DNA of 44,330 nucleotides from Sandaracinaceae bacterium (lineage in GTDB: Bacteria; Myxococcota_A; Polyangia; Polyangiales; Sandaracinaceae). Shown piece by piece: positions 37,897 through 44,330 of this stretch. A program made the translations under genes and the position numbers. The stretch spans positions 39,578 through 83,907 of the forward strand of contig JBGAQA010000009.1 in NCBI GenBank assembly GCA_044220955.1. The letters run 5' to 3'. Numbering within the stretch: the stretch's first letter is position 1; every line of letters begins with the position of its first letter. The notes under the pieces are model-generated. The model searched no databases, had not been told where the DNA came from, and saw nothing but the letters and a program-made list of their open reading frames with translations.

Positions 37897-39290
37897 ACCG
37901 CTCGTCGTGGGTGCTCGTGGTGCTGTCCGCGCTCGTGTCACCGACGCTCGCGTCCGCGCAGGCCACGCCCACGATCTCCTTCTCGCAGTACCTCGATCGC
38001 GTGATGGATCGGAACCTCGACCTCGCCGCGACGCGCCGTGACGTGACGGCCGCCGAGGCGCGCGTGCAGATCGGCGCACGGCTGCCCGATCCGACGATCT
38101 CGGCCGGACTCGTCAGCTTCGACATCTCCCACCCGACGGGCACGGAGATCCGCACCGAGCAGACCACCGAGACGCCGGCACAGCCGCTCTGCGGCTACCC
38201 CACCGGTCCCGGCGGTGCGACCGTGCCGTGCCGCTCGCAGCTGCCGACGGTCGTCGGGGCGGCGCTCGACGTGCCGATCGAGCTCGGCGATCAGCAGGGC
38301 GGGCGCATGGACGTGGCGCGCGTCGGCGTCGCGCAGGCTGGCATCGACGTCGAGGACGCCGTCCGGGTGCTGCGCGGGCAGGCTGCAGGATCCTGGGTCG
38401 ACGCCCTCGCCACGCGGCGCGATCTCGAGCGGCTGCAGCAGACGCTCGCGAGCCTCGAGGCGCTCGTCAGCATGAACCAGGCGCGCGTGGACGCGGGCGC
38501 GATCGGGGACGTGGAGCTCGTTCAGTCGCGGGTCGAGGCGCAGATGTTCCGCGCGCAGGTGCTCGCCGCCGAGGGCCAGGCGCGCGCGGCGTTGCTCGGG
38601 CTCTCGGCGCTGCTCGGCACCGAGGACGGCGTCGAGCCGACCTTCACGCCGACGGGCGAGCTGCGCATGGAGCCCGTCGCGTTCGACCTCCGGCAGCTGG
38701 TCGACGAGGCCATGCGGAACCGCCCCGATCTGAGGCACGTCCAGCTCGACATCGACGCGGCGCGCGCGGCCCGACGCCTGGCGGAGGCCGAGCGCTGGGG
38801 CTCCATCGACGTCATGGCGAGCTGGCTCTACAGCGTGCCCGGCACCGACACGCAGTACGGCCAGACCGACTACCACGCGCTCGGGCTGATGGTCGCGATC
38901 CCGCTGCCGTTCCGCCTGCTCTGGCACGGCGAGATCGACGAGGCGAGCGCGATGGAGGCCGCCGCGGACGCCCGCTACCAGCAGGCGCGGCAGCGCCTCG
39001 AGGTGGAGATCCGCCAGGCGCTGGCCCGGTACGAGGCCGCCGTCGCGGCCCGAGCGCTCTTCGACCAGTCGGTCGTGGCCGACGCCGAGCACGTGCTGGA
39101 GGCGACGCGCTACCAGTACGAGCACGGCGGCGCGAGCCTCGTCGCAGTCCTGGTCGCGCAGCGCACGGTCAACGACGTGTACGGCGCCTACAACGACGCG
39201 CTGGCCGCGCACGCCCACGCGCTGGTGGACCTCGAGACCGCCGCCGGGATCTGGGACGTCGACTTCGAGCCCGCCGCCCCCGCGCCGTGA
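37893..39290 (+). CDS. TolC/CzcC-family outer membrane efflux protein
   Basis: Signal peptide ASA|Q; N.DL.A, RLPDP, NRPDL, YEHGG.S helical repeats; ATGA overlap with the permease. Confidence 0.88.
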   Translation: MNRSSWVLVVLSALVSPTLASAQATPTISFSQYLDRVMDRNLDLAATRRDVTAAEARVQIGARLPDPTISAGLVSFDISHPTGTEIRTEQTTETPAQPLCGYPTGPGGATVPCRSQLPTVVGAALDVPIELGDQQGGRMDVARVGVAQAGIDVEDAVRVLRGQAAGSWVDALATRRDLERLQQTLASLEALVSMNQARVDAGAIGDVELVQSRVEAQMFRAQVLAAEGQARAALLGLSALLGTEDGVEPTFTPTGELRMEPVAFDLRQLVDEAMRNRPDLRHVQLDIDAARAARRLAEAERWGSIDVMASWLYSVPGTDTQYGQTDYHALGLMVAIPLPFRLLWHGEIDEASAMEAAADARYQQARQRLEVEIRQALARYEAAVAARALFDQSVVADAEHVLEATRYQYEHGGASLVAVLVAQRTVNDVYGAYNDALAAHAHALVDLETAAGIWDVDFEPAAPAP

Positions 39291-39299
39291 GGGGTCGAT

Positions 39300-39316
39300 C
39301 GCCAACGAAGTTGGCG
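39300..39316. terminator. Hairpin after RND operon
   Basis: CGCCAAC-GAA-GTTGGCG, 9 nt after the stop; no adjacent U tract. Confidence 0.35.
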
Positions 39317-39402
39317 GCCACCGCCTGCCGCGGGCACCTCTTTTTCGATCTGGATCGCCCCGTGCAGGCGTAGTATCAGCGACTTAGTTCCAGGAGGCAT
39401 CG

Positions 39403-41268
39403 ATGATCCCCACCCGTACGCTGCGTCGCGCGGCGCTCCACGCTGCGGCCGCCACGACCGTGCTGTTCGCCACCAGCTGCTTCGAGCGACAGCTCGCTCC
39501 GGTCGACCCGTGCACCCGATCGGTCGTCGGCGAGGACATCCGCGTCGAGGGCATCGACGAGCTCGACCTGCTCTTCATGATCGACAGCTCGCCGACGATG
39601 GCGGAGGAGCAGGAGGCGATCCGGATGCAGATCCCGCGCCTCGTGTCGATCCTCACGACGGGCGACCTCGAGGCCGGCACGGCCGGCGCGGGCATGCGGG
39701 ACTTCGCTCCGGTGCGCAGCATGCACATCGGCGTGATCACGCAGGACGGCGGCGGGCTCGGCCGCTCGTCGGCCAGCATCTGCGCGAGCGTCGCCGGCGA
39801 CGACGGCCTTCTGAGCATGCCGCAGGCCAACACGCGGCGTGTCGCGATGGCGGGCTGCGATCCGGCATCGATCCCGGAGTTCCTCGAGTTCGAGTCGGGC
39901 GTGACCAACACCACCATGCTGACGGATGCCTTCACGTGCCAGACGCGCCTCGGCACCGGCGGCTGCGGCTACGAGCAGCCCCTCGAGATGATCCTCAAGG
40001 CCGTCGCGGACGCCAGCTACGTCCCGCCGACGGGCCCCTACCTCTCGGGCACGCCGGCCCACGGCGGCGGCGGCGACAACGCGGGCTTCCTGCGCGACAA
40101 CTCGGTCCTCGCGGTCGTGATCGTCACGGACGAGGACGACGGGTCGGTGTCGAACTCCGACCTCTTCGACGAGAGCATCACGACCTTCACGCCGAACGAC
40201 CCGAACATCCGCGCCGCGTTCAACCCTGGCTACCTCTACGACGTGCAGCGCTACGTCGAGGGCCTGCGTGCGGCCGTGCCGGATCCGGACCGCCTCGTCG
40301 TCATCTCGATCGTGGGCGTCCCGGTCGATCTCGTCGACGACGTCATGGCCGGAGAAGGCGAGCGCAACCTGACGGCCGTGCTCGCCGACTCTCGCATGGC
40401 GGTCGTGCAGGACACGACGCGCAGCGGCTACCTCCTCTCGGCGTGCGACAGCGCGACCGGCGAGGCCTACCCGGCGCGCCGCATCGTCGACTTCACCCAG
40501 CGCGTCGGCGGTGTGGTCCAGTCCATCTGTCAGTCGGACTTCGGACCGGCCATCGACGTGCTCGTCCGTCGGATCGCCAACGCCCTCGGCGGCGCGTGTC
40601 TGCCGCGCGAGCTGAACCCCGACGCCGACGGCAACGTGCCCTGCGACGTCCTGCAGGTCCTCCCGGCGAACACGCCGCACAGCCACTGCTCGGACCTCAC
40701 CAACCCGGAGGCCTTCGAGCTCGTTCGCACCGAGACCAGCGTCGATGGCGCGGGCAACCTCATCGAGCGCGAGGTCTGCCGTGTGCAGCAGGTCGGGCGC
40801 GCCGGCGCCGGCACGACGCCGGGCTGGGTGTACGACGACGGCACGCTCGGCAGCTTCTCGTCGCTGCCCGCGGGCTGCACACAGCGCATCGCGTTCAGCG
40901 CCCTGACCCCCGTGACGGGCGCCAACATCCGCCTGGAGTGCTTCCAGACCATCCTGCCGGGCTCCGGCGGGAGCGTGCAGATCGGCTCGTTCTGCGACCC
41001 GACCACGCAGCTCATCAACGGCAGCACGACCCTGCACTGCGCGGACGGCCACGCCGTCGCGGGTAACCCCATGACGCTCTCCTGCGACGCGTTCGACCGC
41101 ACCTGCCAGATCCCCTGCGCGGCGGACTCGGACTGCGTCGCGGCCGGCCTGCTCAGCTACGTCTGCGACAACCGCCCGGCGTCCGAGTACTTCGGCATGG
41201 CGACGCTGCCCACGGGCGTCAGTGGCGACACCATCCACCACTTCTGCGTGAACCCCACCTGTAACTGA
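39403..41268 (+). CDS. Cys-rich VWA-like lipoprotein (myxobacterial CglB-like adhesin architecture)
   Basis: Lipobox ATS|C; LDLLFMIDSSPTM (MIDAS-like), GCGYEQPLE, GFLR, IVTDEDD; about 23 Cys; SD AGGAGG. Confidence 0.75.
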   Translation: MIPTRTLRRAALHAAAATTVLFATSCFERQLAPVDPCTRSVVGEDIRVEGIDELDLLFMIDSSPTMAEEQEAIRMQIPRLVSILTTGDLEAGTAGAGMRDFAPVRSMHIGVITQDGGGLGRSSASICASVAGDDGLLSMPQANTRRVAMAGCDPASIPEFLEFESGVTNTTMLTDAFTCQTRLGTGGCGYEQPLEMILKAVADASYVPPTGPYLSGTPAHGGGGDNAGFLRDNSVLAVVIVTDEDDGSVSNSDLFDESITTFTPNDPNIRAAFNPGYLYDVQRYVEGLRAAVPDPDRLVVISIVGVPVDLVDDVMAGEGERNLTAVLADSRMAVVQDTTRSGYLLSACDSATGEAYPARRIVDFTQRVGGVVQSICQSDFGPAIDVLVRRIANALGGACLPRELNPDADGNVPCDVLQVLPANTPHSHCSDLTNPEAFELVRTETSVDGAGNLIEREVCRVQQVGRAGAGTTPGWVYDDGTLGSFSSLPAGCTQRIAFSALTPVTGANIRLECFQTILPGSGGSVQIGSFCDPTTQLINGSTTLHCADGHAVAGNPMTLSCDAFDRTCQIPCAADSDCVAAGLLSYVCDNRPASEYFGMATLPTGVSGDTIHHFCVNPTCN

Positions 41269-41293
41269 TCGCCCCGGCGATCGCTCGGAGCAG

Positions 41294-41326
41294 AGGCCTG
41301 CGGCCGAGAGGCTGCGGGCCTTTCTT
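41294..41326 (+). terminator. Intrinsic terminator-like hairpin
   Basis: AGGCCTGCGGCC-GAGA-GGCTGCGGGCCT (12 bp including two G-U pairs, GNRA loop), followed by TTCTT. Confidence 0.65.
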
Positions 41327-41382
41327 CTCGCGCCTCTCGCGTTGACGCCAACGCGGCGGGGACGGAGACTGTCCTTCTGTCG

Positions 41383-43350
41383 ATGGCCGCTCTCTCCGCC
41401 GAACGGGACCCCGCGATCGCCTCGGCCGAGACCAAGGGGTACACGGTCACGGCGGTCCCGGCGACGCCGTTCGGCAAGTACACGCTGATCGGCAAGCTCG
41501 GTCACGGCGGCATGGCCGAGGTGAACCTCGCGGTGATGAGCGGGAAGGGCAACTTCCGCAAGCTGGTCGTCATCAAGCGAATGCACGCGCACCTCGAGGC
41601 CGAGCCGGGGTTCGTGGACATGTTCCTCGACGAGGCGCGCCTCGCGGCGCAGCTCGACCACCCGCACTGCGTGCAGACGCTCGAGGTCGGCGAGGCCAAC
41701 GGACAGCACTTCCTCGCGATGGAGTACCTCGACGGGCAGGGCCTCGAGCGCCTGCTCCGGATCACGGGCCAGCGCGGCGAGACGCTGCCTCCGACGCTCG
41801 TCGCCCGCATGGTCGCCGACGCGCTCGACGGCCTCGGCTACGCGCACGAGCTCACCGACTACGAGGGCAGACCCCTGGGCGTCGTGCACCGCGACGTCTC
41901 TCCGCAGAACCTCTTCGTCACCTACAACGGGGTCGTGAAGCTGCTCGATTTCGGCATCGCCAAGGCGGCGTCGAACGTGGTCGAGACGCGCACCGGCGTC
42001 GTGAAGGGCAAGTACGCCTACATCGCGCCCGAGCAGGCCCTGGCGACGCCGGTCGACGCGAGGGCCGACGTCTGGGCGATGGGCGTGGTCATGTGGGAGA
42101 TGCTGACCTCCCGCCGCCTCTTCAAGAGCCACAACGAGCTCGCGACGCTCCAGGAGACCCTCACCGCCACGATCCATCCGCCCTCCGCGGTGGTCGCGGG
42201 CATCCCGGCCGAGCTGGACCGCATCGTGCTGCGCGCGCTCACGCGCGAGGTGTCGCTCCGCTACCAGTCGGCGGCCGAGTTCAAGACCGATCTCGAGGAC
42301 TACCTGGCCACCGCGCCCGAGCGCGCCGAGCGGCGCGACATCGCCAAGCTGATGCAGGAGCGCTTCGGCGAGGCCGTGAAGGTCCACCGCGCCAAGATCG
42401 CGGAGTGCCTCGCGGCGGTCGCGCGAGACGACAAGAGCGTGCAGCGGATGATCGAGGGCGGCACGATCTCCGCGAGCGGCGAGATGCACGCCATGACGCC
42501 CTCGCATCCGAGCGCCCTGCCCGGCCAGCTGCAGACGCCCGTGCCCTACCTGACGCCGAGCGGGATCTCGCTCTCGCCGCGCGCGATCCTGGCGTCGTCG
42601 ACGGGCCCCGTCGGCCCGCAAGGCCACGTGGTCGGCGGCCCCTACCCGACGCCGACGCCCGGCCACCCAGGGGTCGTGCTCGCGTCGTCGGCCCCGCCGC
42701 CGAGCCAGGGCGGCTATGCGCTCCCGCCCCCGACGCCGGCGCCCGCGCCGATGCACTCGTCGTTCGCGGCCCCGCCCAGGAAGAAGGACGAGCGGCGGCC
42801 GCTCGCCGTGTGGCTCGTGATCGTCGGCGCGATCGCGCTGCTCGCGGTCGTGGGCCTGGTCGTGTGGCCGCGGCTCTCGGGCGCGCCCGACGCGCCGCCC
42901 TCGCCGGCCGCGGGTGTCGGGGTGGTCGTGGTCTCCGGCACGCCCGCGCCTTCGTCAGCGCCGCCGCCGTCGACGGTCGTCGCGCCTCCGCCGGTGACGG
43001 CGGCCGCGGTCGAGGTCCCGGCTGCCGACGACGAGAGCGCTGCGCACCGGGTCCACCGCCGGCCGACGGCGAGCGACTCGCCGCGCGTCGGTGCGACCCC
43101 GGCGCCTCCGCCGTCCAGCAGTGCGCCGAGCGCGGCCGGTGGCGACGGCTACCTCTCGCTGATCACCTCGCCGTGGGCCCACGTGACCGAGGGCGCTCGC
43201 GACCTCGGGGACACGCCGCTCGTGCGCGTCCCGCTCTCGGCGGGCCATCACACGCTGCGCCTCGTCAACGTGGACGAGGACATCGCCGAGACGTACGACG
43301 TCGAGATCACCGCGGGGCAGCTCACCTCGCGCCGCCTCGGGCTGCGCTAG
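41383..43350 (+). CDS. Hanks-type Ser/Thr protein kinase with TM and C-terminal PEGA-like domain
   Basis: [37 protein letters not shown]; Pro-rich linker; TM; GDTPL...LSAGHH.L.L domain. Confidence 0.93.
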   Translation: MAALSAERDPAIASAETKGYTVTAVPATPFGKYTLIGKLGHGGMAEVNLAVMSGKGNFRKLVVIKRMHAHLEAEPGFVDMFLDEARLAAQLDHPHCVQTLEVGEANGQHFLAMEYLDGQGLERLLRITGQRGETLPPTLVARMVADALDGLGYAHELTDYEGRPLGVVHRDVSPQNLFVTYNGVVKLLDFGIAKAASNVVETRTGVVKGKYAYIAPEQALATPVDARADVWAMGVVMWEMLTSRRLFKSHNELATLQETLTATIHPPSAVVAGIPAELDRIVLRALTREVSLRYQSAAEFKTDLEDYLATAPERAERRDIAKLMQERFGEAVKVHRAKIAECLAAVARDDKSVQRMIEGGTISASGEMHAMTPSHPSALPGQLQTPVPYLTPSGISLSPRAILASSTGPVGPQGHVVGGPYPTPTPGHPGVVLASSAPPPSQGGYALPPPTPAPAPMHSSFAAPPRKKDERRPLAVWLVIVGAIALLAVVGLVVWPRLSGAPDAPPSPAAGVGVVVVSGTPAPSSAPPPSTVVAPPPVTAAAVEVPAADDESAAHRVHRRPTASDSPRVGATPAPPPSSSAPSAAGGDGYLSLITSPWAHVTEGARDLGDTPLVRVPLSAGHHTLRLVNVDEDIAETYDVEITAGQLTSRRLGLR

Positions 43351-43391
43351 GCTTGACCCGAGGCCCGCGGGTCCACACGGTTGCCGGTCCC

Positions 43392-44330
43392 GTGAAGACC
43401 ATCCACTTCGTCTCGCTCGGCTGCCCGAAGAACCGCGTCGACACCGAGGTCATGCTCGGCGTCGCGGGGCTTTCCGACTACCGGATCGTGGCGGAGGCGG
43501 AGGGGGCCGAGGTCGTGGTCGTCAACACCTGCGGCTTCATCGGGCCCGCGAAGGAAGAGTCGATCGACACGATCCTCCGGATGAGCGCGCTCAAGGAGCA
43601 GGGGAAGGTCGAGCGCCTCGTCGTCGCGGGCTGCCTCTCGCAGCGCTATCCGGAGCAGCTCGCCGACGAGCTGCCGGAGGTGGACCACTTCCTCGGCTCG
43701 GGGGACATGCTGAAGCTCGGGCAGGTGCTCGCGAAGAAGAGCGCCGCGCCGCGCATGCTGGTCGGCAACCCGGCCGAGCAGCTCCTCAAGGCGAGCGACC
43801 CGCGCCTTCCCTCGCTCGCGCGCCACTTCGCGTACGTGAAGATCGCCGAGGGCTGCAACCGCAGCTGCGCGTTCTGCGCGATCCCGAGCTTCCGGGGCAA
43901 GCAGCGCAGCCGGGCGATCGCGGACGTGGTGCAGGAGTGCACGCGCCTCGTGAGCGAGGGCGCCGTCGAGCTGAACCTGATCTCGCAAGACACGATCGCG
44001 TACGGGCGTGATCTGCACGACCGCGGACAGACGGACCTCGCCAAGCTCGTCGCCGCCGTGGCCGAGGTGAGGGGCGTGCGCTGGGTGCGCGTCTTCTACC
44101 TCTACCCCGAGACGATCAAGGACGAGCTGCTCGAGCTCTTCGCCGAGCACCCGCGGGTGCTCCCCTACGTGGACATGCCGCTGCAGCACGCGAGCGACCG
44201 GATGCTGAAGCTGATGAAGCGCGGTCACGGCATCGATCGGCAGAAGCGCGTGGTCGAGAAGCTGCGCGAGAGGGTGCCTGACCTGGTGATGCGCAGCGCG
44301 TTCATCGTGGGCCACCCGGGCGAGACGGAG
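43392..44330 (+). CDS. rimO: Ribosomal protein S12 methylthiotransferase RimO (runs off window; absent from ORF track)
   Basis: Manual translation from GTG 43392: VSLGCPKNRVDTE, VNTCGFI..AKEESI, AGCLSQRY, YVKIAEGCNRSCAFCAIP (CxxxCxxC), YLYP, YVDMPLQH. Confidence 0.93.
   Translation, partial: MKTIHFVSLGCPKNRVDTEVMLGVAGLSDYRIVAEAEGAEVVVVNTCGFIGPAKEESIDTILRMSALKEQGKVERLVVAGCLSQRYPEQLADELPEVDHFLGSGDMLKLGQVLAKKSAAPRMLVGNPAEQLLKASDPRLPSLARHFAYVKIAEGCNRSCAFCAIPSFRGKQRSRAIADVVQECTRLVSEGAVELNLISQDTIAYGRDLHDRGQTDLAKLVAAVAEVRGVRWVRVFYLYPETIKDELLELFAEHPRVLPYVDMPLQHASDRMLKLMKRGHGIDRQKRVVEKLRERVPDLVMRSAFIVGHPGETE

Noticed and set aside
33217..38079. 1620-aa minus-strand ORF
   Set aside because: Antisense shadow of the RND operon; stop-poor reverse frames are expected at this GC content; no motifs.
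39376..42756. 1126-aa minus-strand ORF
   Set aside because: Antisense to the VWA lipoprotein and kinase genes, which carry clear motifs.
43347..44315. 322-aa minus-strand ORF in the track
   Set aside because: Antisense to rimO, which the track missed because it lacks a stop inside the window.

Overview
High-GC bacterial chromosomal segment, densely coding, with about 35 genes. Gene content suggests a myxobacterium (Myxococcota, probably Polyangia); this is inference from Ser/Thr kinase, FHA, PilZ, Cys-rich VWA lipoprotein and sigma54-like promoters. In order: the distal end of a type II secretion operon (gspJ-L-M-N, with no gspK between J and L); a two-copy ~141-bp structured intergenic repeat; a Coq4-family protein; a DUF2254 membrane protein; dapF; a PafA-type alkaline phosphatase; a diheme cytochrome c peroxidase; a compact biosynthetic cassette (aryl-polyene-like ketosynthase, ACP and two divergent paralogous flavin-dependent halogenase-like enzymes, with a good sigma54 site); a divergent PilZ-TM / FHA-FHA-TM pair; a four-repeat lipoprotein; a Usp-CBS-hypothetical-PPK2 cluster; a beta-propeller lipoprotein; clpB; a type B carboxylesterase; mgtE divergent from a CzcBAC-like RND system; a Cys-rich VWA lipoprotein; a Ser/Thr kinase; and a partial rimO that is missing from the supplied ORF track. 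No rRNA, tRNA, CRISPR array or transposase was seen. The best candidate for an undescribed system is the twin-halogenase/ACP/KS cassette at 11813-17050. All protein calls come from motif reading and recall of families, not database searches.
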